A DNA stretch of 55,304 nucleotides from Balneolaceae bacterium (GTDB lineage: Bacteria > Bacteroidota > Rhodothermia > Balneolales > Balneolaceae), in the NCBI GenBank assembly GCA_016937115.1, contig JAFGWN010000186.1, positions 1-55,304 on the forward strand. The letters run 5' to 3'. A program made the position numbers and the translations under genes. The notes under the pieces are model-generated. The model saw only the letters and a list, made by a program, of their open reading frames with translations. It was not told the DNA's origin and made no database searches. Below are positions 42,716 through 52,936 of this stretch, piece after piece (the stretch's first letter is position 1; every line of letters starts with the position of its first letter).

Positions 42716-42784
42716 TATTCCCTTTGTTAAGGAAAACTATCGGTATGTAATTAATTTAGGAAACCCTGTCGGAAAGAGCAGCTA

Positions 42785-43051
42785 TTACTTCTTGTCGGAA
42801 TCGTCCTCGGTAACATCTTCAAACTCGGCTTCTTCGATGTTGTCAAGATTACCTTTCTTGACGGTTCCGTTTTTGGAGGGGTTCTGGCGTTGACGCTGCT
42901 CTTGCTGTTTTTGCTGCTGGCGTACGTTTTTGAACGTCTGGTAGAAGAAGCGGAAATTGCTGTTCTTCTTTTTGCCGGCGGGACCAAACAAACGGCTGAT
43001 ATACCGTACCAACAGAATAAAGAAGATTGCAAGTATTATCGTCTTTAACAT
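42785..43051 (-). CDS. Small membrane protein, DUF4834-like
   Basis: 88 aa with an N-terminal TM helix (IILAIFFILLV), a basic and Gln-rich middle and an acidic tail (EEAEFEDVTEDD). This layout matches my recollection of DUF4834 in Bacteroidota. Confidence 0.55.
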   Translation of the reverse strand: MLKTIILAIFFILLVRYISRLFGPAGKKKNSNFRFFYQTFKNVRQQQKQQEQRQRQNPSKNGTVKKGNLDNIEEAEFEDVTEDDSDKK

Positions 43052-43053
43052 GA

Positions 43054-43698
43054 TCAGTCGGGAATAATATTTATATGCGTGTTTCCTCGGATCGGTTCTT
43101 TAAATACCTGTTCATCAATATAATTCAGATGCTTTTCATTGTTAACAAAGTCAATCTCTGATGTATTAATGATTATAAGCGGTGATTTATTGTAGTGGTA
43201 AAAGAAATGGTTATACGCGTCGCTTAGTTCCTGCAAGTAGCTTTCAGAGATATGCCGTTCATAATTGCGGTCACGCTCACGAATATTTTGCATGAGGCGG
43301 TCGATGGACGACTGCAAGTAGATTACTAAATCCGGTTTGGCTGATATGCCCGACATAATATTAAAAATAGAATCATAGAGCGCCAGTTCATCATCATTCA
43401 GGTTGAGGCGGGCAAAGATGCGATCCTTGTCAAAAATGTAATCGGATATCGTGGTCTGATGAAACAAGTCTTTGCTGAGCATATTTTGCTGCTGCTTAAA
43501 CCGGCTGGCCAGAAACGCCATCTGGGTAGGAAAAGCATAACGGTCGCGGTCTTTGTAAAACTTGGGCAGAAACGGATTGTCTTCGAACTGTTCCAGCACC
43601 AGTCGCGCATCGTGTCGCTCAGACAGGAGTTTTGCCAGTGAGGTTTTACCCACCCCGATCACACCTTCAATAGCAATAAACTCAAATTGATTTTCCAT
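43054..43698 (-). CDS. Deoxynucleoside kinase
   Basis: It has the P-loop IAIEGVIGVGKTSLAKLL, then EQFEDNPFLPKFY and RFKQQ...DR motifs typical of the dNK/dCK/dGK family. Confidence 0.85.
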   Translation of the reverse strand: MENQFEFIAIEGVIGVGKTSLAKLLSERHDARLVLEQFEDNPFLPKFYKDRDRYAFPTQMAFLASRFKQQQNMLSKDLFHQTTISDYIFDKDRIFARLNLNDDELALYDSIFNIMSGISAKPDLVIYLQSSIDRLMQNIRERDRNYERHISESYLQELSDAYNHFFYHYNKSPLIIINTSEIDFVNNEKHLNYIDEQVFKEPIRGNTHINIIPD

Positions 43699-43699
43699 A

Positions 43700-44188
43700 T
43701 TACCAGTCTAAGGTCGTTTTTTTCATCTGCAGCCCGGGTGCATTATCGATCAGCGTATCGATGTTTGTACCTGTTTTTGGATCGTTCCAATTCGGATGAA
43801 TGTCCCGCAGCGGTTCCAGCACAAAAAGCCGTTTTTCATATTCTGGATGCGGAATAATAAGACTATCGTTTTGAATCACCAAGTCGCCAAACGAAATAAT
43901 ATCGAGGTCGATGGTGCGGGCGCTCCACCGGGGCAGATCGGGTTGTCGGCCGTGATCTTGTTCAAACTGTTTGAGTTTTGGAAGCAGAGTTTGAGGAGTG
44001 AGGGACGTGCTGATTGTGATCACCGCATTTAAAAAGTAGCGACGCGACGGCCCTACGGGTTCGGTGAGATAAATAGGGGATACCAGAATTTCTTTTTCCG
44101 ATATTTTATTTAAAAACTGGTGTGCATCACGCAGGTGCTGGTGGCGGTTGCCTACATTTGATCCAATGGCTATAACTACCGAGTCCAT
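43700..44188 (-). CDS. folK: 2-amino-4-hydroxy-6-hydroxymethyldihydropteridine diphosphokinase (HPPK)
   Basis: VIAIGSNVGNR...PIYLTEPVG...FLNAV...RWSARTIDLDII...IPHPEYEKRLFVLEPL carries the canonical HPPK motifs. Confidence 0.9.
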   Translation of the reverse strand: MDSVVIAIGSNVGNRHQHLRDAHQFLNKISEKEILVSPIYLTEPVGPSRRYFLNAVITISTSLTPQTLLPKLKQFEQDHGRQPDLPRWSARTIDLDIISFGDLVIQNDSLIIPHPEYEKRLFVLEPLRDIHPNWNDPKTGTNIDTLIDNAPGLQMKKTTLDW

Positions 44189-44535
44189 GTGCAGGCCACC
44201 TCGGAGTATTCCGTCGGGGTCGGGAGCGGAGGGTCCAGTTTCCGAACGCGTACATCCAGTTTTAAAACCTGATTGAACCGGGCAAAAAGGTTGGCGCCTA
44301 TTTGGGCGGCCAGCGTTTCAATAAGATGAACGGATGGCCCGTTCATCACCTTCCGGACAACTTCTTCGGCGTCTTCATAATTGATGGTAGCGGAAAGGTC
44401 GTCATCAAGCCCCGCTTGCTTTAGCTTGGTATGGAATACTAAATCCACTTCAAACGCATTACCCTCGGTTCGTTCTTTTTCATGGACGCCGTGCCTGGCG
44501 TGGTACTGCAGTCCGGAAAGGGTGAGGGTATCCAT
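44176..44535 (-). CDS. folB: Dihydroneopterin aldolase
   Basis: LSGLQYHARHGVHEKERTEGNAFEVDLVF...INYEDA fits the FolB family. I take the ATG at 44535 as the start (the track start at 44556 would overlap the dnaA 3' end). It overlaps folK by 13 nt. Confidence 0.8.
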   Translation of the reverse strand: MDTLTLSGLQYHARHGVHEKERTEGNAFEVDLVFHTKLKQAGLDDDLSATINYEDAEEVVRKVMNGPSVHLIETLAAQIGANLFARFNQVLKLDVRVRKLDPPLPTPTEYSEVACTWTR

Positions 44536-44542
44536 GTTGGGG

Positions 44543-45988
44543 TTAAAGCGTGGCAACTTCTATTTTCTGATGCAGTTCGTGTACAATGCGTTCGTGCTTG
44601 GCGCTGGTCTGCATGCGTTCTTCAACGGTTGAAATAGCGTGAATAACCGTAGAGTGATCACGCCCGCCGAAGTGAAGCCCGATGGTCTTCAGGCTGGAAT
44701 CGGTGAACTGTTTGGCCAGATACATTGCAATTTGACGCGCTTCTACAATCTCCTGCTTCCGCGTTTTTTCGCGCACCTTGTTGGTATCAATATTAAAATA
44801 GTCGCATACGTATTCCTGTATTGATTCGATTGAAATCTGGGTTTTCGATTCTTGCACCATGTCTTTAAGCACGCGCTTGGCCATTGGCAGATCGATGTCA
44901 TCGACGTGCTGCAGGGAAGCGTGTGCCAGCAGTTTTATGATGGCGCCTTCGAGATCGCGCACGTTAGATTTAAAATTATGTGCAATGAATTCAAAAATAT
45001 CGTGGGAAAGGTCGATGCCGTTGTCATTGGCTTTGCGCTCCAGAATCGCGTATCGTGTTTCGTACTCAGGCAGCTGCAGGTCGGCGCTGAGTCCCCAGCC
45101 AAAACGCGAAATCAATCGTTCTTCAATATCGGGAATTTCGCGGGGTGCGCGGTCACTACTCAGGATAATCTGCTTGCCGTCCTGATGGAGTGCGTTAAAA
45201 ATATGAAAAAATTCTTCCTGGGTTTTCTCCTTGTCGCTGAAAAACTGGATGTCATCAACAATCAGCACATCAATCTGTCGGTAAAACATGGTAAACTCGC
45301 TGGCCCGGTTATTCCGGATGGCCTGCACAAACTCGTTGGTAAATCCTTCAGACGATATATAAAGTACGGCCAGTTCATTGTTGAATGTCTGTTTAATCTT
45401 ATTGCCGATACTCTGAATCAGGTGCGTTTTCCCCAGACCGGTTCCTCCATATATAAAGAAAGGGTTGAACGAGTTGCTGCCTGGGTTCTCGGCAATAGCC
45501 ATCGCCGCTGATCGGGCAAGGCGGTTACAGTCGCCTTCAATGTATCGGTCAAAAACGTAATTGTTATTCAGGTTGGAATCGACTTTCGTCTTGCGAATAC
45601 CCGGAATCACAAACGGGTTTTCAATCTTGCCGGGATTATATTCCGAGTAGCTGTTGATATCCTGTCCTTTGTCGGGCGGCATTGGTTGTTGCGGCAGTTG
45701 TACCGATCGTGTGTCAGCTTCATTGTCTGATTTTTCCAGCACAATGGAGTATTCCAGTTTTCCATCTTTTCCCAGTACTTTGGCCAGTGTTGAGCGCAGC
45801 ATTTTATAGTAGTGTTCTTCGAGCCATTCATACCAAAATTGACTGGGAACCTGAATCGTCAACGTATTGTCTTCGAGCTTTACCGGATTAATCGGTTCAA
45901 ACCACGATTTATACTTCTGATAGCTGATATTATCTTTAATAATTTCCAGGCACTGCTCCCACGCAGTATCAGCAGAAATAGTTTGCAA
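44543..45988 (-). CDS. dnaA: Chromosomal replication initiator protein DnaA
   Basis: It has Walker A GGTGLGKTHL, Walker B VLIVDDIQF, sensor and box VII motifs, and the C-terminal DNA-binding helix (IAMYLAKQFTDSSLKTIGLHFGGRDHSTVIHA). The start codon is TTG, with no in-frame ATG upstream before a stop. Confidence 0.97.
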   Translation of the reverse strand: MQTISADTAWEQCLEIIKDNISYQKYKSWFEPINPVKLEDNTLTIQVPSQFWYEWLEEHYYKMLRSTLAKVLGKDGKLEYSIVLEKSDNEADTRSVQLPQQPMPPDKGQDINSYSEYNPGKIENPFVIPGIRKTKVDSNLNNNYVFDRYIEGDCNRLARSAAMAIAENPGSNSFNPFFIYGGTGLGKTHLIQSIGNKIKQTFNNELAVLYISSEGFTNEFVQAIRNNRASEFTMFYRQIDVLIVDDIQFFSDKEKTQEEFFHIFNALHQDGKQIILSSDRAPREIPDIEERLISRFGWGLSADLQLPEYETRYAILERKANDNGIDLSHDIFEFIAHNFKSNVRDLEGAIIKLLAHASLQHVDDIDLPMAKRVLKDMVQESKTQISIESIQEYVCDYFNIDTNKVREKTRKQEIVEARQIAMYLAKQFTDSSLKTIGLHFGGRDHSTVIHAISTVEERMQTSAKHERIVHELHQKIEVATL

Positions 45989-46043
45989 AATCCCTGAACC
46001 TCCTTAAAAAAATTTAATGTTTGCAGCAAGAGAATCCCTGCAG

Positions 46044-46052
46044 TTATCCACA
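46044..46052 (+). promoter_or_regulatory. DnaA box (TTATCCACA)
   Basis: Perfect consensus 9-mer in the context cAGTTATCCACAc. Confidence 0.7.
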
Positions 46053-46141
46053 CAAAATGTTGTCGTTCTTTTTAACGACTGAAATGAAGATGATAATTTC
46101 CGAGACAGATGTCAAAAAAATATTCACCCCAAAAAGAAAAG

Positions 46142-46150
46142 TTATCCACA
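46142..46150 (+). promoter_or_regulatory. DnaA box (TTATCCACA)
   Basis: Perfect consensus 9-mer in the context aAGTTATCCACAa. Confidence 0.7.
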
Positions 46151-46304
46151 ATACTCTAAACAGTATAAGTATATGGATACCAACGGATTAGTATTTTTTT
46201 TATGTTTCTGTCAAAAATTACTTGACACGCCATAATATTGCCCTAACATTGATTTTACCTTTTCGTAACAAGAGAACCTACTGAATAAAAAAGTTTTCAA
46301 CAAG

Positions 46305-46313
46305 TTATCCACA
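46305..46313 (+). promoter_or_regulatory. DnaA box (TTATCCACA)
   Basis: Perfect consensus 9-mer in the context aAGTTATCCACAc. Confidence 0.7.
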
Positions 46314-46380
46314 CGGTATTTTTAAGCTGGAGAAGCGGCTTGTTTTACTGGCGATTTCAGCTTGGAAAACAGTTGCAGGA

Positions 46381-47253
46381 TTAACCTGAAAACTGTTTGG
46401 CAGCAGTGATAAAGCGGGGTTTGTTCTCGTAATCTTCATGGAGTGAGGCAGACCATTTTTCGGGTTCAAAAAGTGAGAGAATAGTATCTGAATAGCGCTC
46501 ATGAATCTCAAGGTAGAGCTGTCCCTGATCACCGAGATGAGCGGCGGCACAATCGATAACATTTCCATACATCTGCTCAATGCTTTGGCAGAACAAAGCA
46601 AGCGCGGGTTCGTGGTCGGTTACCTGCGATTCGAGGGTGTCTTTTTCGTCTGGCAAAATGTAGGGCGGGTTGGAGACAATGATATCAAAATTGTGCCCGA
46701 GCGACAGGTTTCGCCACTGGGTGATATCACCTTTTAAGAATGAAATATCAGCTTCATTGGCAGCTGCATTTTTCCGGGCTGTGTCGAGTGCGGCGGCTGA
46801 AATGTCAAGTGCGGAAATACTCCATTCCGACCGTTCTATTTTTAGTGCAATGGGGATACAGCCCGAGCCCGTTCCGATATCAAGAACGGATAATGGTGAG
46901 CCGGCCGGATGCCGATCAAGGATAATTTCTACAAGTTGTTCTGTTTCTATGCGGGGGATGAGCACATCGGGTGTCACCGAAACACGGGCATTCATAAAAT
47001 CACTATACCCTACAATGTACTGAAGCGGTTCGTGGGCGGCTCTTCGTTTTACCAGCGGCCGCAGGTCATCCAGTTCGGCATGTGTAAGCGGCCGATCAAA
47101 CTTGAGATATAAATCGAGACGCTTAACTTGCAGTACTTCGGCCAGCAGCCATTCGATACTAAGCCGGGGATCGGGGATGTTTCGTTTCTTAAAATAATCG
47201 GTGCCCCATTCCAGCATGGACACGACGGTCCACTCTTGCACATCGGTGCTCAT
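46381..47253 (-). CDS. prmC: Release-factor glutamine N5-methyltransferase PrmC/HemK
   Basis: It has the SAM-binding motif VLDIGTGSGCI and the catalytic IIVSNPPY motif. The N-terminal HemK helical domain is present. Confidence 0.9.
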   Translation of the reverse strand: MSTDVQEWTVVSMLEWGTDYFKKRNIPDPRLSIEWLLAEVLQVKRLDLYLKFDRPLTHAELDDLRPLVKRRAAHEPLQYIVGYSDFMNARVSVTPDVLIPRIETEQLVEIILDRHPAGSPLSVLDIGTGSGCIPIALKIERSEWSISALDISAAALDTARKNAAANEADISFLKGDITQWRNLSLGHNFDIIVSNPPYILPDEKDTLESQVTDHEPALALFCQSIEQMYGNVIDCAAAHLGDQGQLYLEIHERYSDTILSLFEPEKWSASLHEDYENKPRFITAAKQFSG

Positions 47254-47311
47254 ATAAACAGTCTAAAGTTAGGAGAAACTGTTGATTAATATACGCTATT
47301 AAAAACGGTCA

Positions 47312-47368
47312 TTGTCCTGATTTGATCGGGACGAAGTAATCTCCACTTTACAATTAAAACGGAGATTG
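47312..47368. repeat. Degenerate REP-like hairpins
   Basis: GTCCTGA-TTTGA-TCGGGAC (47314-47332) is related to the 57-84 element. It is followed by AATCTCC...GGAGATT (47338-47367). Confidence 0.3.
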
Positions 47369-47407
47369 CCACATTTCATTCACAATGCCGTTCGTTTCCA
47401 AAAGTTT

Positions 47408-47806
47408 CTATGAGTTATCCTCTTCCGGCTCTTTTACTTTCTCTTTCTCTTCCTGAATGGTAAGGCCAAATCGTTTGGCAAAATCGAGAATAAAGTCGAC
47501 GACTTCATCATCAATGGTTCGCTTCTCCTCGTCAAGGGAGCTGCCACGGAATCCCATGCGCCCGCCGGTTTTCTTGATTTCAAACCGCGTTTTTTTCCCG
47601 GTAAATGTGATGATACACGTTAAGGTAACGCTGGCGTTAATTTGTTTTTCGTATTCTTCATAAACAGCAACATGAATCGTATCATTATGTTTTGAAGAAT
47701 CGTATTTGTACAAGTACTTAGGCTCAATACTATCAAACAACTGACCTGGCATTCTTTTTAACGTTCCTCCCGGTCCGTAAATGACATACTTGCTAACAGA
47801 ATTCAT
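47408..47806 (-). CDS. Hypothetical protein
   Basis: 132-aa ORF with an ATG start and coding-like composition. I recognise no family. Confidence 0.55.
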   Translation of the reverse strand: MNSVSKYVIYGPGGTLKRMPGQLFDSIEPKYLYKYDSSKHNDTIHVAVYEEYEKQINASVTLTCIITFTGKKTRFEIKKTGGRMGFRGSSLDEEKRTIDDEVVDFILDFAKRFGLTIQEEKEKVKEPEEDNS

Positions 47807-48001
47807 ATAATATATTTACTTCGTAATTAGGATGTGCATAAAGGCTTCAAACAGCCTGAATAAACGTTTTTATTCAATAATTGTCAAATTTATAGTAAGT
47901 TATCATTGAGCAAAGATATCCGTAAGGATAGGTCGATAAAATTTTTTTACTTATTTTTTTGTTTTATTAATAGCTGAACTTCTTATTAAAGTGTTTTCAT
48001 T

Positions 48002-48844
48002 ATGGATCTACAAACCTTTGTTAAAGCGAGAACCATCTCATCAGGCATCTTTCTGGCCATAATTTCGCTGGTTATTTTTTCCGGTCCGGTCCAGGCTCAG
48101 TTAACCGAACCCGATGTTCGTTCTGTTGATGAGCCCCAAACGCCACTGGATGAAGGACTGAACAACCGGATTGGCGGAAGTATTTTTGTTAATAATTTCG
48201 GGTTTGGAATCGGCGGTACCTACAGCCACGCGCTGGGCCAATATACTGAGCTCACGTTTTTTACGGGCATTACCGGCATCCGTGATGTCTCCGAGCAGAG
48301 TTTTCAGGATTTCTTTACCGGTCAGCGTATTGTTCCGAATAAATATAATCGGGCCCTGGGTTTTCCATTCATATTTGGATTGAAGAAGCGTATTTTCCCG
48401 AGAGAAATTGCCGATAATTTCCGGTTTTTTGTAGCCGCTTCGGGCGGTCCGGCTATGGCGTTTGTATATCCCTATCTCAATGATAAGGATAATAACGGGT
48501 ACCGTTCATCACGAATTGTTGAAACTCCCGGCGGACGACAGGTGCAGGTGTTTACCGAAGAAAAAAACGATATTTTTAGCGGATGGGGGGATGGGTCTAC
48601 CGAGTGGGGCGCCGCCGGTGAAATAAAAGTAGGCGTTGACCTGGGAAGTAATTTTAAACAGCAGTCTACGCTCGAGATCGGATATTTTTTCTACTACTTT
48701 GATCAGGGGCTTCAAATTATGGAGCCGTTCCGGCCAACCGGTTTCGATAGCGAGGGTTTCTCCACGGGACAAGACCCGTTTTTTGATGATCAGAAATTCT
48801 TCGGTACGCCGCAAATTAAGTTTACTTTTAGCGGCTGGTGGTGA
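48002..48844 (+). CDS. Hypothetical outer-membrane beta-barrel protein
   Basis: It has a signal peptide (...FSGPVQAQ), Gly- and aromatic-rich alternating strands and a C-terminal aromatic end (...KFTFSGWW). Confidence 0.55.
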   Translation: MDLQTFVKARTISSGIFLAIISLVIFSGPVQAQLTEPDVRSVDEPQTPLDEGLNNRIGGSIFVNNFGFGIGGTYSHALGQYTELTFFTGITGIRDVSEQSFQDFFTGQRIVPNKYNRALGFPFIFGLKKRIFPREIADNFRFFVAASGGPAMAFVYPYLNDKDNNGYRSSRIVETPGGRQVQVFTEEKNDIFSGWGDGSTEWGAAGEIKVGVDLGSNFKQQSTLEIGYFFYYFDQGLQIMEPFRPTGFDSEGFSTGQDPFFDDQKFFGTPQIKFTFSGWW

Positions 48845-48866
48845 TATATTAATTTTAGAAGTAGAT

Positions 48867-48904
48867 TAGATAGCCCCGGCGTTAACGCCGGGGCTATCTA
48901 TTTT
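48867..48904 (+). terminator. Rho-independent terminator
   Basis: A perfect 15-bp stem TAGATAGCCCCGGCG / CGCCGGGGCTATCTA with loop TTAA is followed by TTTT. Confidence 0.85.
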
Positions 48905-48934
48905 CAAACCATTTCTTCCTTTATAGATAAGTAA

Positions 48935-50269
<1,335 letters not shown>

Positions 50270-50331
50270 CACTGCTCATCTCGATTTACTATTGGCAGTA
50301 AACGGATTTCAAACGCTATACCAATTTTTTT

Positions 50332-51459
50332 ATGCGCACAACCCGTACCGTTCTGCAAAATTTTCGAAATCATGTCGATACCGAAGTGGAGTGGGCCCCG
50401 CACATGAATGTGATTACGGGGCACAACGGTGCGGGCAAGACCAACCTCATTGATGCCATTCACTATCTGTGTATGAGTCGCAGTTTTGTGGCCTCCAGCG
50501 ACCGTTATGTAGTTAACCAGGATGCACCCTACTTTACAATTAAGGGCCATTTTGAAGGGAATATACGCTCCAGTTTTGATGTAACGTGTTCCTACTCACG
50601 CGGCGAAGGCAAAAAGATATTTGTCAATGAAAGTCCGCTCGACCGCCTTTCGGATCTAATCGGGATGATACCGGTGGTTGTACTTGCACCGGAAGATAAA
50701 AAGCTGACCAGTGAAGGCCCCAAAGAGCGCCGCTCGTTTATTGATTCATTAATTAGTCAAATTTCGCCGGCGTATCTTAAAGACCTGCTGGATTTTCGGA
50801 AAGTTCGCCGGCAGCGTAACACATTGTTGCAGGAATACAGAGGGCCGCGCGAGGTTATTATCGAATATCTTGAGCCGTGGAATGCCCAGCTCATTGAGTA
50901 TGGTTCGCGCATTGTGGCAAAGCGCACCGAAGTGCTGCATCAGTTTCAGGAGTACCTTGCCAAGCAGTATGAACTAATCTCCGGTATGCAGCACAAACCG
51001 CATTTGGAGTATCAAACTTTTTGCGAACCATCGGAAGATATTCAGGAGATTAAAGCCCGGTATGTCCGGGCGCTGGAGAAAGCACAGGATAACGAACTTG
51101 AGAGAGAGATCACCACCGTGGGGCCTCACCGTGATGAAATCGTTTTTTATCTGGATGATTTTGAATTGCGGAAATTCGGGTCGCAGGGGCAGCACAGGCT
51201 TTTTGCACTCTCGCTGAAACTGGCACAGCTTTTCTATTTTTCGGAGCAGCTGGATGACCTCCCCATTTTTTTGCTGGATGATGTATTTGGCGATCTGGAC
51301 GCCCAGCGTACCGAAGTATTGTTGCAAGCTCTTATTGAGCATGCGGGCCAAACATTCATCACATCGGCAAGCCCGGTACCGTTTGATCAGTTTATGAACT
51401 TCGACGGCGAAAAGAACAGGGAATACACTGTTGACAAAGGTATGGTTACAGCGCTTTGA
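50332..51459 (+). CDS. recF: DNA replication and repair protein RecF
   Basis: LQNFRNH is followed by Walker A GHNGAGKTNLIDAI, the signature SQGQHRLFALSLKLA and Walker B FLLDDVFGDLD. Confidence 0.9.
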   Translation: MRTTRTVLQNFRNHVDTEVEWAPHMNVITGHNGAGKTNLIDAIHYLCMSRSFVASSDRYVVNQDAPYFTIKGHFEGNIRSSFDVTCSYSRGEGKKIFVNESPLDRLSDLIGMIPVVVLAPEDKKLTSEGPKERRSFIDSLISQISPAYLKDLLDFRKVRRQRNTLLQEYRGPREVIIEYLEPWNAQLIEYGSRIVAKRTEVLHQFQEYLAKQYELISGMQHKPHLEYQTFCEPSEDIQEIKARYVRALEKAQDNELEREITTVGPHRDEIVFYLDDFELRKFGSQGQHRLFALSLKLAQLFYFSEQLDDLPIFLLDDVFGDLDAQRTEVLLQALIEHAGQTFITSASPVPFDQFMNFDGEKNREYTVDKGMVTAL

Positions 51460-51543
51460 TAAAGAGATTATAGGTGATAATGAGCAATTGTATCTCTATT
51501 TTAGGTTGAGCAAGAAATTAGAGCATATATAGAATAACACATT

Positions 51544-51846
51544 ATGGCTCGATTCAGATCAGATCCTCCCAAACCGTTAAGCGACTTGGTGAAAGATTTC
51601 CTGGACGATGTTCCGCATCGGAAGCGTCTTAAGCGGGGAATGATTCTTTCGCTTTGGTCAGATATAGTGGGCGAAGCCATTACTGAACAGACCGAGAATA
51701 TCCATTTTGAGCATGGAAATCTTGTAATACATGTAAAAAATCCGGCTTGGCGAAATGAAATTCATATGAAGCGGTTTAACATTGCAAAGCGGTTAAACGA
51801 CAAGGTTGGCGAAAAAGTGATTAAAGAAATTGTGGTCCGTTCATGA
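51544..51846 (+). CDS. DUF721 (DciA-like) protein
   Basis: It is a 100-aa protein immediately after recF. ...WSDIVGEAITEQTENIHFEHGNLVIHVKNPAWRNEIHMKR... fits the DUF721 pattern. Confidence 0.7.
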   Translation: MARFRSDPPKPLSDLVKDFLDDVPHRKRLKRGMILSLWSDIVGEAITEQTENIHFEHGNLVIHVKNPAWRNEIHMKRFNIAKRLNDKVGEKVIKEIVVRS

Positions 51847-51875
51847 GATCATGAATTTAAACTACCTGTACAACT

Positions 51876-52871
51876 ATGTCTGATTACTTTAAAGATAAAT
51901 TGAAAAAAGCTTGGCAGTCGCTTTCAAAAAAAAGCAATGAAGAGGCCATCTCTGGTATCGGGAGGGAAAAGATCATTGTCTTTTGCATTGCTCTTATTTT
52001 GGCATTTAGTATTTGGCTGGTTGTAAACCTAAATCGGGATTACAGTATTGAAATGAGTGTTCCTATTGTACTGGGTAATATCAGTACCGACCGGGCGCTT
52101 GCAGAAGAGTTACCCGATGAAGTGACGGCCAGTGTGAGCGGTGACGGCTGGAGCCTGATCAACGTCTACCAATCACCTCCGGAGGTTTATATTGATGTGA
52201 CACAGCAGCGGGTGAACTTGTTTGAACAAATCAGGCAGCAGATGTCCACTAATTCTGAGGTAACGGTTCAAACGGTAGACCCGCTGTCTTTACAGCTGAA
52301 CCTTGAACCGAAGCAATCTAAAAAAGTGCCGGTGATATCGAATGTGAGTGTGGAGTTTGTACAACAGTATGGATTCTTAGCAGAGCCGGTGGTAGACCCG
52401 GACAGTATTATCGTGCAGGGAGCAGCTTCAAGGATTCAGAACATCAATCAATGGCCTACAGAGTCGCTTCAGCTGACGGGCATTAATGAAAACATATCAC
52501 AGGAAGTAGCTTTGAAGAAGCCAGCCTCTCTGATCACGTTGTCGCAGACAGAAGTGCAGTACAGGGGAGAAGTTGCTGAATTTACCGAAGCGGAGGTAAC
52601 GGTACCGATTGAAACACGCGATTTTCCGGCTAATCTAAATGTAACCTTCAGCCCGTCATCGGTAAATATCAAATACCAAATACCGCTCCAGGAATATGTT
52701 CGGTTTAAAGACAGCCAACCGTTTGCAGCGTATGTGACGTATGCGCAAATCCAGCAGGATACCAGCGGTTTTGTGGATGTGCAGGTAGAAAAACTGTTAG
52801 ATAATGCTCACCTTAACCTTCGAAAAACAGCGCCTGCAAAAGTGGCTTATTTTACCATCATAGGAAATTGA
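51876..52871 (+). CDS. YbbR-like domain protein (single N-terminal TM)
   Basis: An N-terminal TM helix (IIVFCIALILAFSIWLVV) is followed by repeats of the type VPIVLGNIS...LPDEVTASVSGDGWSL and VPVISNVSVEF...DPDSIIVQGAASRI. Confidence 0.55.
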   Translation: MSDYFKDKLKKAWQSLSKKSNEEAISGIGREKIIVFCIALILAFSIWLVVNLNRDYSIEMSVPIVLGNISTDRALAEELPDEVTASVSGDGWSLINVYQSPPEVYIDVTQQRVNLFEQIRQQMSTNSEVTVQTVDPLSLQLNLEPKQSKKVPVISNVSVEFVQQYGFLAEPVVDPDSIIVQGAASRIQNINQWPTESLQLTGINENISQEVALKKPASLITLSQTEVQYRGEVAEFTEAEVTVPIETRDFPANLNVTFSPSSVNIKYQIPLQEYVRFKDSQPFAAYVTYAQIQQDTSGFVDVQVEKLLDNAHLNLRKTAPAKVAYFTIIGN

Positions 52872-52936
52872 CAAGCAGGATGGATAATACAGGTTCCTCT
52901 AGGGTTTTCAGTCATTAAAACTATCTGCATCCTGAA

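Larger units (their letters stand above)
45989..46380. other. Candidate oriC (DnaA-box cluster + AT-rich stretch)
   Basis: This 392-nt non-coding spacer holds three perfect, co-oriented TTATCCACA boxes, one 7/9 box in inverse orientation (TATGGATAC at about 46183) and an AT-rich run (GTATTTTTTTTATGTTTCTGTCAAAAATTAC at about 46190-46225). Confidence 0.6.

Noticed and set aside
42445-42784. A 340-nt intergenic region with a G7 run and a perfect 10-bp hairpin, considered as a possible ncRNA or riboswitch.
   Set aside because: I could not match it to any conserved RNA family motif (SRP, 6S, RNase P, tmRNA or common riboswitches) by eye. It more likely holds the TPR gene promoter and the terminator hairpin of the upstream operon. 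A covariance-model scan would be needed to settle this.
46305-46601. A 98-aa minus-strand ORF spans the third DnaA box and the prmC 3' end.
   Set aside because: It overlaps prmC in another frame, has no motifs and lies in the putative origin spacer.
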